A stretch of DNA of 64,000 bases, taken from NCBI GenBank assembly GCA_964016885.1, contig OZ024748.1, positions 55,986,001 to 56,050,000 of the forward strand, read 5' to 3'. Below are positions 44,913 to 63,339 of this stretch, piece after piece. The stretch comes from Eledone cirrhosa (lineage: Eukaryota). Numbering within the stretch: the stretch's first letter is position 1; every line of letters begins with the position of its first letter. Made by a program: the position numbers and the translations under genes. A model generated the notes under the pieces. The model did no database searches, had not been told where the DNA came from, and saw only the letters and a program-made list of their open reading frames with translations.

Positions 44913-44921
44913 ATGTATGTA

Positions 44922-44973
<52 letters not shown>

Positions 44974-45307
44974 TGTTTTTATGTTATGTGCTTGTGAATG
45001 TGTGGATTTCGTAAAGGGATAATGAGAAATTATTACAGAATATCTTAAAGCGAAATTTCAGTGAATTAATGAAGAATTAAATTTTTTTCTTCTTTGTGTT
45101 AAGACTTCAAATGGTCGATATATCAGTGAAGATGTCTCTTTAATTAATCTCAGTATTTAATTTTAATGAGAATATTTTGCAGTTTTAGCTTAAAGCATAT
45201 TTATTAACAAGGACACAATTTATAGTTTCTCAGATTTCCTTAAGTTACTAGTAGTACCCAACTATAAATTATGTTTTGCTTATGTTTGTTTATGTGCTTG
45301 TTTATGC

Positions 45308-45338
<31 letters not shown>

Positions 45339-45343
45339 TATAA

Positions 45344-45397
<54 letters not shown>

Positions 45398-45404
45398 ATA
45401 TACA

Positions 45405-45529
<125 letters not shown>

Positions 45530-45909
45530 TTAAAGATGTATGTATATATATACACATCTATAAATGTATAAGTGGGTATATGCGTGTGATGCATTTGTGA
45601 TTGCTTGTGTTTTGTGGATAATGTACATGTTTGTGTTGTTGTTGTTGCTGTTGTGTATGTGTTTGGTTTACGTAAATCTATGTGTACCTTCTATTTGATA
45701 ATAAAATAAATTGATTAATAATTATTACAGATTTGGTAGCACTAACATAACATGTTCATATTGTGGTAGATCATGATGGATAACACAATTGAGAGTACGA
45801 GTTTCCCAAGTTAGATATGTCAATCTTAATATTAATTTAGATACATTTAAACATGTGTAATATATTCTATATAAGGTAGCGCGTCAAAAACTCAAAATTG
45901 TCATCATAA

Positions 45910-46360
45910 GTGTAGACTGCAAGGATAACGTGTTACGCAATGATAATGTGGATATATAAAACTCACTGAATAACGGGAAATGGTTAGACAATAAATGGTA
46001 TGTGTAGCCAATACGACACCCATATTGAGTTAAAACATACAAGATGGAAATAAATGTGACATCGGCCTATATGAAGACAGTTTTAAGACAATATCATTAA
46101 ACGCATATTTACCGACAAGATGAAAAAGAGAAAACAGTCAAAGAGTTTTTTTCGAGATATGCTTCAATTCAGAATGTTGACTTTTATATCCGATCATGTC
46201 ACGTACTAAACCGAGAAAAGTAACATATATATATAAACGGAATTATTTTATTTCTGTGGAAATGAAAAAGACCCGTGTGTATTTGAAAAATATCATATGT
46301 AAATCAATCAAAACAGGTATTATTCTCAAATGCCAATACGGCAATAACATTTTTCTTGCA
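45910..46360 (+). pseudogene. Decayed GIY-YIG endonuclease region of a Penelope-like element
   Basis: Frameshifted, colinear remnants: DCKDN (45915), NGKWLDN then VCVA (45972-46009), DIGLYEDSFKT (46058, YIG motif with Y>D), RENS...SRY, FCGNEK (46252) and ILKCQYGNNIFL (46322). These fit the PLE order CxC..CPLxGxCL..VVY.A..YIG..E..FK.R..LS.Y..CxLCxxEK..KCRH.NKF.L. Confidence 0.5.
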
Positions 46361-46570
46361 GAATATTGCTGAAACAGCAAACAGATCGACTGAAGTAGAG
46401 CACCATTACATTATGTCTTTGCGCAGATGTGTTTCGTGTCATAGGAATGTTCTCATCACATGTGAAATTGTTACAACAGGTAAATAGTGAATTGCATAAA
46501 GTGTGACATGAATGAAACGCATAAAACACAATACGTACACACACACACACACGCATATATATATATATAT

Positions 46571-46774
46571 AACGAAGGAAATGTGGTAAGGAACCAGATG
46601 GACCATAACGCACCAAAGTACTCAATACTTAGGGTAGCAGAGTGGGTAATAGGAACGAGTAGGACCCCGACGGCTGAGCTCAAGCCGTTTCGACGGCTAA
46701 TTCTGGACTCCAGAATTAGCCGTTGAAACGTCAAACGGCTTGAGCTCAGCCGTCGGGGTCCTACTCATTCCTAT
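46571..46774 (-). mobile_element. Family A copy with fold-back exactly at stem II
   Basis: Axis GACGGCTAATTCTGG-act-CCAGAATTAGCCGTT (46692-46724) with GAAAC-stem III-GTC running outward on each strand. Confidence 0.85.
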
Positions 46775-46797
46775 ATATATATATATTATATATATAT

Positions 46798-46988
46798 AAG
46801 TAGTTCCACAACAGTTTCGTCACAATACAGAGAACAAATGTTTTTTCACCTTATGCTGAGTATCCGCTTAAGGTGAAACATTTGTCCTCGGTATGGTGAA
46901 CTAACTGTTGTGGAACTACTTCTACCAAACTCGTCCCATGGACTGAGTGCTGAACAATTACGCATATTACCCTCAAATGTTCTACTAT
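46798..46988 (+). mobile_element. PLE-like fold-back element centred on stem II
   Basis: Arms 46798-46853 and 46869-46921 lie around acctta..gc..gc..taaggt; right arm GAAAC-ATTT-GTC-ctcgg. Confidence 0.8.
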
Positions 46989-47009
46989 TATATATATATA
47001 TTTGTGTAT

Positions 47010-47047
<38 letters not shown>

Positions 47048-47863
47048 GTGTATGTATGTATGAATATGTTTGTACATGTGTGTGTTTGTGAATGTATAAT
47101 GTTTAGCGGTCTATTATATTGTTCAGGCCAATATAATATATCATTACTTTTAAACAACTTTTTCAGTATAACTATAATTTCTATGATTTACTAATCAAGA
47201 TTATTAAATAATATCTCTCTACATAACTATAACTTTATCTCACTCTCTCGATTACAAATCCACATATACATGCCCTTACAGAGATATATAAATCTCATAC
47301 GCAGATATATAATCTCATGCCTTCTAGAAATTACTTTCTAGTTATTATTTCTACTTAACTCCTTAATTTTCTATTACATCACTTTAAAGAAGTTCGAAAT
47401 TGTGTTAAAGAGAAAAAAAAAATCATCTGAAGTAGAAATTGCTAATTAGTGAAATGTTGAAAAAAGTGAAACAGTTAAATTGTGCCTCTGGTAATTGGCT
47501 CGTCACTGATTTCTTTTCATGCTTTCCTTCAAGCTTTTGCCCTGAGACAATTCCAGATATCAAAAAAGTTTGATTTTTCTGAAATAAAATCATGGACAAA
47601 ATTAATCTCAAAAGTGAAAAGTTTTTAGAAACTAATGAGCGTAACCTGGAAAATTTATACCATTATTTATTTAGTAATTTTCTATTTTTATAAAATTTAT
47701 GAATTTAATTTGAAACTTAGGTGATTTTTTGTTGGTAATCTGAGGATGATAGTTGCAACATGTAATAGCAATTATAAAAATTTGGATGTGATTAGGAAAG
47801 ACATGCACACACACACAGGCACGCGCACACTTCCCCAAATATATGTATATATATATACGGACC

Positions 47864-47925
<62 letters not shown>

Positions 47926-47929
47926 AACA

Positions 47930-48082
47930 TGAATGGCTATGTGGGTAAGGCGATCGTATCACCACCACCTTATGTGGGTCTCAATCCCATATCATTGCAC
48001 TTTGAGTAGAGTCTTCTACTATAGCTTGCTTTGAAAACGGCTTTTGGCAGATGGAAAATAAAGAGACCCGCGTAGTATATAT
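47930..48082 (+). mobile_element. Decayed tRNA-derived SINE (third family)
   Basis: A-box-like tggctatgtgggtaag, B-box-like gggtctcaatccc, then gtcttctactatagc and ttggcagatggaaa..gagacccg. Confidence 0.5.
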
Positions 48083-48857
48083 ACGGAGTTTTCGCCGCTT
48101 TGGGGCGGATTTTCTCTCCGCTCGTATTTTTGAAGTATTTCCATTCCTGTAACAATCGAAATGAATATTAGATTCTTAGCATCTGGTACACCGTCAAACG
48201 ATTCTAGTTATTTGACAGTGGGCTGCTTTGGACGATATTACGGTACATATTTCAATATATAATGCATTAATGTGAATTCTATATCGAGAATATTCACATC
48301 AACAATTATTAACACAGGAAGGTTTAACGTCCAGAAAGCCAGGTCCTAGGTGTGCTCTCACAGGAATTGCCAGTTTAGAATAATCTCTACTATACTACGG
48401 CAGCACCGTTCAGCTTACATTGTTAAACTTAATTTCATGTCCAATAAGTCACGTAGCGCGCTGATCTGACTATCAATGTAGTACATCACAATATTGCAGT
48501 GTAAAGTTTCGAGGGAGGAAAGGCCGAATACCAAACAGTTTTGCTCTGATTTGTGACTATGAGGCAATAGATATTATGGCAGACAGCATAAAAAGAAGGA
48601 AACTGTTCTTATCGGTCAAATAATCATTAACGTATGCTCCATCTTGACAGGAAGAGTACGGATGTGCCATTCTCCTGAGTAGTTCTTACATCTCCGGATG
48701 AATGAGCCTTCTCCGCTAATATCCCTATAAACCGGAGAAGACAGCTGTAAGATGACAAAGGTCCTTCACAATTGTAATGACTATCCAACACATTCGCCAA
48801 GTGATGAATAAAGTATATCATGCCTGTTTGTGTAATACATATATATATATATATAAC

Positions 48858-49042
48858 TGTTTCTACTTTTGGCACAAGGCCAGAAATTAACCAGTTCATT
48901 ACTGGTACTTTATTTTATCGACCCGGTAATGATGAAAGGCAAAGTTAAACTCGACGGGATTTGAACTCAGGCCGTAAAGGGACATAACTATGCTGGAAAG
49001 CATGGCGTCCGACCCTCTACTGATACTGCCATTTCACTGCCC
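48858..49042 (-). mobile_element. SINE S1, full length
   Basis: Same consensus. Confidence 0.9.
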
Positions 49043-49614
49043 TGATAACCTAATATATCTTCATTAGCCAGTCCATCGCCACTCTCATTCTCTATTTCAC
49101 AGCAAATTTTAAAAATAAAGACGCAGATATAGATGTGTGGTCGGCCATTACTGCGGGTTGCTTTGAATAAATGCAATATATAATATTGTCCAGTGACGCT
49201 AAACCAATGTTATTCAATTCGGTAGAACAATCTGAAAGCAAAAAAAAAAAAAAATATATCATTTAAACAAGGCGTAAACCATGTGATAATGTTGAAGATC
49301 GAAAATGACTTCCTTAGGCTAAGGGCCGATTTTAATTATGAATTCAAATTCATGACAAAATAAGGCCAAGGTTTTGTTTGTATGCTTGAGCTTACGAACA
49401 ATAAGAAAAAAGTATACTATATAAAATGAAGTAGAATGTAATTATTCATTGCAGAAATCAGTGGTGTCCCTCGTGTTGTGTATGTTTTTCCAATATTAAC
49501 AGAAAATATTCTCATAACTACCATGAATAGTGTTACATATATACATACGCATACTCCCAATCAAACACACATACACACATAAACACACACGGAGTTACAC
49601 ACACGTATATATAC

Positions 49615-51527
<1,913 letters not shown>

Positions 51528-51528
<1 letters not shown>

Positions 51529-52110
51529 GTCCACTGTGGTCTCCCCACACGAAACAAAGTATCATGAAACTTGAAGCTCCTCAAAGGGCAATCACGAAAA
51601 AGATAGATGGCATGTCAGACCTTGACTACTGGGGTCGATTGGAAAACCTGAAACTTTACTCACTCCAACGTCGCCGTGAGCGTTATATTATCTGCATGAT
51701 GTGGAAAATGTTCCATCATCACTGCCCAAATGATGTTGGCATCGCCTTCAAGATACACCCAAGGCTTGGGCCCCGTGCTATCCGTCCCATTCAAAAATCT
51801 AAATCGCAACTCATAACAACAATACGGCACAATTATTTCACCTCAATCGGCCCTGCTCTCTTCAACATCACACCAGGACACGTCAAAACAGAAACTGACC
51901 ACACAAAATTCAAGAAGTCTTTGGACAAATTCCTCCAAGTAATCCCGGACAAACCACCCACACCCGGATATGTCTCCGCAAACAGTAATTCTCTTCTCGA
52001 ATGGGCCATGGTGCCCAAATCCTGAATTGAAAGACTTCGCCAGGTGGTGCTATTAAGTTAGACATGGCCTGGGCCAATACTGGCCAAAACATTTCAAAGT
52101 TATTCAAAGT

Positions 52111-52112
<2 letters not shown>
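51528..52112 (+). mobile_element. 5'-truncated CR1-group LINE (ORF2 C-terminus, 3' UTR and tandem tail)
   Basis: Open frame [53 protein letters not shown]...[16 protein letters not shown] to the stop at 52025, with typical CR1-group post-RT motifs; ends (TTCAAAGTTA)2 in (TA)n. Confidence 0.85.
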
Positions 52113-54400
<2,288 letters not shown>

Positions 54401-54903
54401 TGCTTACATATAAATGCAACGATATATACGCGCGGACGAATGTTTAATGAACCAAGAACATACATTAAGGCAATGTACTCTGTTTAAAATTACTTTTTTT
54501 CTTTAAGTAGAATATACATACAGGCATATTTTTATAACAATGTTTCACTTACTACAGGCCATATTTTTCCATCTTATTTATCAATATTCTTCTTCAGTTT
54601 AAACGTTAAGTCATTTAAACTTTCCGATATCTTGTCATGAGAGTCTGTATACTTTTTATTGCCTCTGTTCTTATTTTATAAAAAGTTTGTTGTATTTTAT
54701 TTTTTCCCGAAATATACTATTTTTCGCAATTACTCTCTTTATGCAATTACAGATTTCTCCATTTCGCCCTTTTTACCCCACTTTCTTTCTTGGTGTCTTT
54801 ATTTGACTTCTCTCTTTCTCGAGTTCTGTCCAACTGCTTCTTTTCGTTCATATATTGAATGTATGCCGCACACACTCACACAAATGTATAAACATATGCT
54901 CTC

Positions 54904-54945
<42 letters not shown>

Positions 54946-55444
54946 TTTCTGACCTGACGTTCAACCATCTGGCAGGAAGGTATACGATGCTGACGATAGC
55001 TAATAAGCTTGAAACTAGTACATCGTTCCTGTGTCAGTGTTGAACAAAAAGGTGACGTGGTTGCCTAAACACTGTACGCCGTAATACGGGCTGTTTGTTT
55101 GTTTACAAACAAACAACCCGAGCATTATAATACATGTTCGGTAAACCGATACGTGCATATATATATGTGTGCATGTATGTATATATATATACATACTGTA
55201 CGTCTGTATACATATATGTATGTACGTATAGATACATACATACTTACATTGAAGTAAGTGCCGCACTTAGTGTGAGAAATGAAATTTCCTTTCATTCTAT
55301 TCCATTTATATATATATATATAAGAAGAAAAATAATCAAGAACAAAAAAAAGGAAGAAATATCAATATTACATCAGAATAATTTTTTCACAAGTAATGCG
55401 TTTCGCAAGCGGTCGGTTCAGCGTAAGATATATATATATATATA

Positions 55445-55624
55445 TTGGTAAAAGGAAAAGAAAATTGTGACATTGTTCCCAGTGAAAAATAGTTTAATTA
55501 GGAATAAGTAAAAATCAGTAATAGTATTGGTTAGCATTCAGTTTTGGTTTTAAGTTTTACCGGTTGCGCATTTCTAATGCTTTTCAAAAATAATTTTGAG
55601 ATAGAGCGCCCGTGATGTTTGCTC

Positions 55625-55626
<2 letters not shown>
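55445..55626 (-). mobile_element. PLE-like short element family D
   Basis: Reverse complement homolog of 60521-60710; contains TTT-TTGAAAA-GCAT-tagaa-ATGC-GCAA-CCGG-TA-AAA. Confidence 0.75.
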
Positions 55627-55713
<87 letters not shown>

Positions 55714-56840
55714 AAAAAAAATATGTATATATATATATATATGAAAAAAATATATATATAATCTATTTATCTTTCTCAAATCTTCATTCATTGGTGCCAC
55801 TCCCACAAAATTATGTTACAATACCAATTTTTATCAATTTCTACCCATTTTTCCCTTTGTCTTTGTTAATTTCGTGTTGTTATTTTTCTTATACCACCAG
55901 ATTATTTGGTTTTAAACTTTGCACATTCACAAAGGAGTAAACAAGCAAATTGAAATTTATTTTCTTCATCACAATCAAATACATCAAGATGACGCAAATT
56001 ATCCACTAGCTATTTTCGTTTAAACTTTTCATATTATAAAATTATAATTGTTCATTATAAAATATATTTAACAACGAAGAAAAAATAATGCAAATTGAAA
56101 TATATTTACTTCATCACTATCACCAAGAAGAAAAATTATCATTAAACTCCTTAGCACTTCACCCACCCATCATCTTATTTTAGTGCCAAATAATTCAATT
56201 TCCCTTCGTTCTTACATACAAGTCTACCTATATGCAAATCTTCACATATTTCTCTAATTTTTCTTATACTTATTCTCATTTTATTCGTAACTGTTTTCTC
56301 TTTCCTTTCTCTTCATATTCTTCATCGTCTTCTTAGAATTAATATTATTTATTTTTAAATATTTATATTTTAGTGTTCTTTATAAGCACTAGGGTGGTTT
56401 TCTGATAGCATGTGTAGTGTGTATATTGAAATTATACGCAAGTATATATACATGTAGATATGATACATCAAATAAAATTTAATTAACAATATACACAGAA
56501 ATTGAACGAAGTCTGTGTTACACTGTCTTATGTAATCAGTAACGTAATCCATGATACATTTAAAAAAATGATATTATATATAAACAGCATTAGGAAAAAA
56601 TTAGTGTCAGAAAATTAGTATGTATATTTAAGTGATCGCCACCGGAAGTGTTGACATCACACACCTCTCTCTCTCTATATGTATGGTAGTTGAAGTGGTG
56701 GTGGCAACAATATACCGGAAGTGCAACTTTGAAAAGAAGTCAATTTTAAATTATTTATTTTTACAAAATTAATTTTGTTTACGAAATTTAGTAGATAAAT
56801 TATGTAATATTCATTCATTAATTATTTGGCAGTGAGGAGA

Positions 56841-57026
56841 GGGCTGTGGATTGGCAGTATCGGTAGAGGGGCGGACGCCATGCTTTGATGCATAGAGTTA
56901 CGGCCCTTGCCATTCTGAGTTCAAATCCCGCCGAGTTAACTTTGCCTTTCATCTTTACGGGGTCGATAAAATAAAATACCAGTAATACACTGGATAATTG
57001 CTGGCCTTGTGCCAAAAGTAGAAATA
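56841..57026 (+). mobile_element. SINE S1 inside Helitron H2
   Basis: Full consensus. Confidence 0.9.
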
Positions 57027-57036
57027 ATTATTTATC

Positions 57037-57213
57037 TGGCAGTATTGGTAGAGGGGTCGGGCACCATGCTTTGACGCATAGAGTTACGTTCTTTTCCATT
57101 CTGAGTTCAAATCCCGCCGAGGTTACATTGCATTTCATCCTTACAAGGTCGATAAAAATAAAGTACCAGTAATGTACTGGTTAATTGCTGGCCTTGTGCC
57201 AATAGCAGAAACA
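57037..57213 (+). mobile_element. SINE S1 inside Helitron H2, tandem to the previous copy
   Basis: Consensus lacking the first 10 nt or so. Confidence 0.9.
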
Positions 57214-57425
57214 ATTATTTATTCAAAGTAATCCAACTTATTTTACTAGGCGATAAAAAAATATAAACCGTACGCAAGTCCCGCAGACCCTTCCTTTATT
57301 ATAGTTTAGATATCTCTCACACCAAAAAAAAAAGACACCCATTCTTCCGTTCTGTAACATCCTTATTGTCATCTTAATGTAAACCCTGTGTGGCCAATAA
57401 AGATATTATTAATATTATTATTATT

Positions 57426-57610
57426 GGCGTTGGTTGGCATTATCGGTAGAGAGTCCGACACCATGCTTTGACGGATAGAGTTACGGCCCTTGTCATTCTG
57501 AGTTCAAATCTCGCTGAGTTTAACTTTGCTTTTCATCCTTACGGGGTCGATAAAATAAAGTACCACTAATGCACTGGGTAATTGCTGGCTTTGTGCCAAA
57601 AGTAGAAACA

Positions 57611-57673
<63 letters not shown>

Positions 57674-57745
57674 ATTGTTGTTGTTGTTATTATTGTTATT
57701 ATTGTTATTATTATTGATATTATTGTTATTATTATTATTATTATT
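57426..57745 (+). mobile_element. SINE S1 with long (ATT)n tail
   Basis: Body 57426-57610, tail to about 57745. Confidence 0.9.
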
Positions 57746-58002
57746 AATTAAATTGTTACCCTTTTTGCCCCTACCTTACTGTTCTTATCAGTAGTAGTAT
57801 TGTTGTGGTTTTTCTTATTCCTGTTTCATTCGCTTATTTCACTACACCACAATTAATCAGCTCAAAGCTATTAACATCCCCTTAAGCAGTTTCTAACTAA
57901 TTAAAATCTGGTTTACAACAGATTCCTCAAATAAGAAAGAATTGTATACGAACATACGTACATATTGACACAGAAAAATATTTTTATCAATCCATCTATC
58001 TA

Positions 58003-58127
<125 letters not shown>

Positions 58128-58140
58128 CTCTTTCTCTCTC

Positions 58141-58209
<69 letters not shown>

Positions 58210-58706
58210 TACATACAACCTTACACACGCATATATATAGAGACAGAAAGATATAGATAGAAGGAAAAAGAGAGAGAGACAGGCAGATAGTTAAGGTAAA
58301 GGGGGAAGGATTTAGACAAATACAAGTATAAATACATACACATACATCCGTACATATACGTATATACATGCATAGACATCTAAATGTGTATGTGTGTATC
58401 TAGTAAAAAGAAAGAAAAGTAAGAATGTGTGACAGTGGCAGAACCCCAAACCATGACAGAGCAATTAAACCCCATACCATCTCGGGTTCATACACACTCC
58501 TCTAACATAGCTTCAGCAATTCTCATGTTGACTATCTGGGGTAGTATATATAACGGAAAAACCAGGCTCATATGTGTATGTGTATGTTCGTATATATGTG
58601 TAGGGATATAGGAGCTCGTGGTTATGTTACATGGTCAAATATCTTATATTGCTCTCTGGTCTTATTATTATTATCATATATATGCATATATATATGCATA
58701 TATATA

Positions 58707-58769
<63 letters not shown>

Positions 58770-59025
58770 AATGTAGGAAATATGTGAGGTTTGTGTGTTT
58801 GTATTTACAAATATAGTTTATTTATATGTTCGTTTTTGTGCTTGAAATTTGGATGAAATTAGATGAGCTGCAATATAGAATGTCTTTTTCTTGAGGTCAA
58901 CATTTGCAATTACTTCCACTCAATTATTTTTCAGTCTTTGTCGTAGAAATCGGTAATAGTTTTAGGGATATTTACATACACACAAAAATGCACGCAGTGG
59001 CATACACATGCACACACAGACACAC

Positions 59026-59073
<48 letters not shown>

Positions 59074-60326
59074 ATGAATGCACGCACGCTTAATGAAACA
59101 CATTCGCATCCATATGTGTCCATGCTCGCCTTTGACATTCTATGAAGTATAACTACATTTGCGGTCCCTTCTTTCTCAGTAAAACGGTCGTTTAAGTACA
59201 CAAAGTTTTAAAGACTAAAACTAGACTTTCATTGAAACATGGAATACAGACTATAATTAGAAATATAAGTAAGTTCTTTTAAATTGATTTTCCAAGTCTT
59301 GTAAGGTTTTTGGTGGTACGAGTTACCATAGAAACTTAACTTCTTTATCAGCTCCTGTCAAATGCATTGTAGCATAAAAATGGATGCTAACCCAATCACA
59401 ATCGTCATTTAATTTTGCTATCATTTCTGGACGGTAAATCCAAATGCTATAATCAATAGTGAAATTGCCCAGCCAGTGTTTCTTCAGGAGAATTACACCA
59501 GAAACACTATACAGATCTATAGATCTTTTATTTTTTTATAATAGTCATTCATGTTTATTGTGCAGTAGTCACTATAAACAGAGTATTATACGTGAATGAA
59601 ACGAATTTTATAGATGCAGTTCTCCTGAGAGTTTGCGTTCTGTTTGCAACGTTTCATGGAATGACAAGATACCAAATGACGTTTTACGTAACAACTGTAA
59701 TAAGAATGCCATTTAAAAAATCTTGCTACGCTCAAAAAGTCACTTGGTACGTCAGGCTATTTCTATAGATAGTAGTAGGATTGTAAAAATACACCTGCGA
59801 TAACTCATGACCTCCCAGGAATCAAGACGGCGAAAATTGTTGTTTGATCCTTGATAATGGAACCATAAGACAACAGAGTCAAGTTTTATTTTGTGGGCGA
59901 TTTCATGGGTTCGACATATTCTTGGAGAGACCATTAGAGAATAAATTTAAAAAGCCGAGTACAGAATGTAAAATATGGAACATATCTGCCAACTAAGCTG
60001 AATGACCTTCGTTTAAATTGATGTCGATAGAAATAATTACAAGAACACACGTATTAACATGACAGAATACTATGAAATAATCTCTTCGTTTGTCAGACCA
60101 AACAATTCAATTTCACTCTTCCATAGTTTTTGAATCATGTAATTTTTTATTCAATATTATCATAATTTACTAATGTTTGCAATACTAATTTTAATAAAAT
60201 TAAAAAGTACTTTAATATCTATATCTAAATATTTCCTGCTGTCCGAAAATGTGTCATTCTCTTTGAGGAACCCAACAGGATCTTCTTTATATATATATAT
60301 ATATATATATGTCTATGTGTGTGTGA

Positions 60327-60401
<75 letters not shown>

Positions 60402-60520
60402 AATATATGTATATATAAATATATGTATGTATATATATATATGTATATATAAATATATGTATGTATATATATATATGTATATATAAATATATGTATGTAT
60501 ATATATATATGTATATATGT

Positions 60521-60710
60521 AGAGAGAGCAAACATCACGGACGCTCTATCTCAAAATTATTTTTGAAAAGGATTAGAAATGCGCAACCGGTAAAACTTAA
60601 AACCAAAACTGAATACTAACCAATACAATTACTAATTCTCACTTATTCCTACTTAAACTATTTTTCACTGTGAACAATTTGTCAGCATTTTCTATTCCGT
60701 TTACCAATAT
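60521..60710 (+). mobile_element. PLE-like short element family D
   Basis: See 55445-55626; the motif is at 60560-60595. Confidence 0.75.
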
Positions 60711-60770
60711 ATATAGACAGACTGAATAAAAATGGCGTAGACATACAATACAACAGGAGGAAAATATAGC

Positions 60771-60812
60771 ACCACTGACGATGTTGCAGATGTGCAGCGA
60801 AAGATTTATGAT
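60771..60812 (+). ncRNA. Minimal type I hammerhead motif, slightly decayed
   Basis: ACCA-CTGACGA-t-GTTGCA-gatg-TGCAGC-GAAA-GATT-TA-TGAT. Confidence 0.6.
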
Positions 60813-61013
60813 AAACTATATATATGTGTTTGTGTCTATATTGTATCTGTATTATTTTTGATCGCCGGTCAGTCAATGGCAACATTGAGGACCGAGTATA
60901 TTAGATTACCGATATAAAAGACACAGAAGTGAGAATCGAAAACCAACCAAACAGTGAGTGTGTTCTGTTATTAATTCTGGCAATATTACACAAATATGAC
61001 CCTCCCCAAGTAT

Positions 61014-61045
<32 letters not shown>

Positions 61046-61086
61046 GGGTGAAAGCAGCGATTCTTTGCTTAAACTTTAATCTGTTA

Positions 61087-61089
<3 letters not shown>

Positions 61090-61173
<84 letters not shown>

Positions 61174-61411
61174 GTATATATAAATATATGTATGTATATA
61201 TATGTAAATATATATATGTATATATAAATATATGTATGTACATATATTTAAATATATATATATATATGTATATATAAATATATGTATGTATATATATGTA
61301 AATATATATATATATATGTATATATAAATATATGTATGTATATATATGTATATATATATATATATATGTATGTATATATGTATGTGTATATATATATATA
61401 TGTGTATATAT

Positions 61412-61451
<40 letters not shown>

Positions 61452-61592
61452 GTATATATATATATATGTATATTTGTATGTGTATTTATATATGTATATA
61501 TATATGGGTATATATGTATATATGTATGTATGTGTGTATATATATATATATGTATATATGTATGTATGTGTATATATATATGTATATATGTA

Positions 61593-61673
<81 letters not shown>

Positions 61674-61810
61674 ATATATATTATATATAACACATGTGTG
61701 TGTGTGTCAGCACGTGCCTCTCTCCTCTCTCTCTCTCTACATATATGTACATATATATGCGTGTGTGTGTGTGCGAGGCGCGCGTGTGTGTGTGTGTGTG
61801 TCTGTGTGGG
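61090..61810. repeat. (TA)n/(TATG)n/(TG)n compound array
   Basis: Direct reading. Confidence 0.95.
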
Positions 61811-63339
61811 TGTGTGTTTCTGTGCCACTTTGCTCTCTTTCTATATATAATCGTTCAGAGAATAATTAATTTGAAATCAATGTTTCCACAAGGTAACAAT
61901 GATTGTACTTTTGCACACTCTGTGAACTCATAAATCCATTGGCTGCAAATTAATTATCATGTGTAGGAATCATTATAAATAAGTATTAGAAAACACTGTT
62001 TCTTCATGATATTTTCGCGATAAACACAGCCACAGACAGAGAAACTCACATACATATATATGTCTGTATATGTTTGTATATACACATATAGATATAAGCA
62101 TCACCATGTTCATGGAGACACACACACACACACGCACACGCACATAAGCATATATATATATATATATGTGTGTGTCTGTGTGTGTGTGTTTGTGTGTGTT
62201 GCTGTGTGAGTGTGTATGTAGACATATATGCGTTTATAAGTGTTTATACTTATATATACGTGTGTATAATTGGCAGGAATGCTGGAGTGCACAACATATA
62301 TTTCTTGATTAAAGAATTCCAAGTTGAGTGGAAGTACATCTTATCAAATATATACCATACATTCTCCTTCTGAATGACGGAACATCTCAAGATAGTTTTT
62401 GCGAAATGTTGTGGGGATAATGGAGGTATCGGTAAAAGTACATGAAAACGACAGCTCCAGATAGGACATGAGTGACGGCTGGACTATTTGAACTGACATA
62501 TTCAGGTCAATAGAGATACATGCATCTTTTAAATTATCTTTCCTCTATCAGGAATCATTACAACGTTTGAAGTGAAAGTTGATGACAATATATTTCGTTA
62601 TTTACTTAATTTATTGTCGTCTAACTCAGCGATTTAACGTGATTGGTCTTTAAGCTAGAGCTACCACATTTTCCCGGAGGATTAAATCTTGCTAGAGGGT
62701 TCGATTCTCATCAGGCTATAGGTTGTTTTTTGTTTATTAATTCGCACGCCGTATCTTTGTTTCGTCTTAAAAATATTCAATATAGGAGATGACTGAGGAA
62801 CCATTACAAAAACACTTGACATATAAAATATAATTGCAAAGCTCCCTAGAAACAGACACTTACAACTTGAAAAACAATCGAAATATAATGTGTGTCATGC
62901 CATGATTGTATTGGCATGGTGGGAAGGAAATTGAGCATACCTATTCTATAAAGGATAGCCTTAGACTAAACCGTAACAACAGAAACATTTAGATTATAAT
63001 AGGCATTTCATGTCTAATGCCAGCCCTATATTTATTTTCACCATCTGCTAGAAACCCTATTCTAACCTTCCTTTACTTTTCAACTTGAAACTTGGACAAA
63101 TTCAAATGTTAATTCTGTTTATAGCTGGAACGTCCTTGAAAATGTTTCTGCTCAATTAACCTGGAGCTAACGAAGAATAACAATATGAATATCATAAACT
63201 TCCTAAGAGTAAAGACTACATATACACTCATCTTCCCCTTTATGACTTGCTAAATTAAGCAAGTATATTCTGGATTATAACAGAGGTTAGTTGCACTGTA
63301 TAAAAGAACAGATTCTCCTATCCCAAATAGATTATTCAT

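Larger units (their letters stand above)
56389..57310 (-). mobile_element. Helitron H2, copy 2, containing two SINE S1 copies
   Basis: Colinear with 29572-30193; starts A|TCTAAACTAT and ends ACCACC-CTAG|T. Confidence 0.9.
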
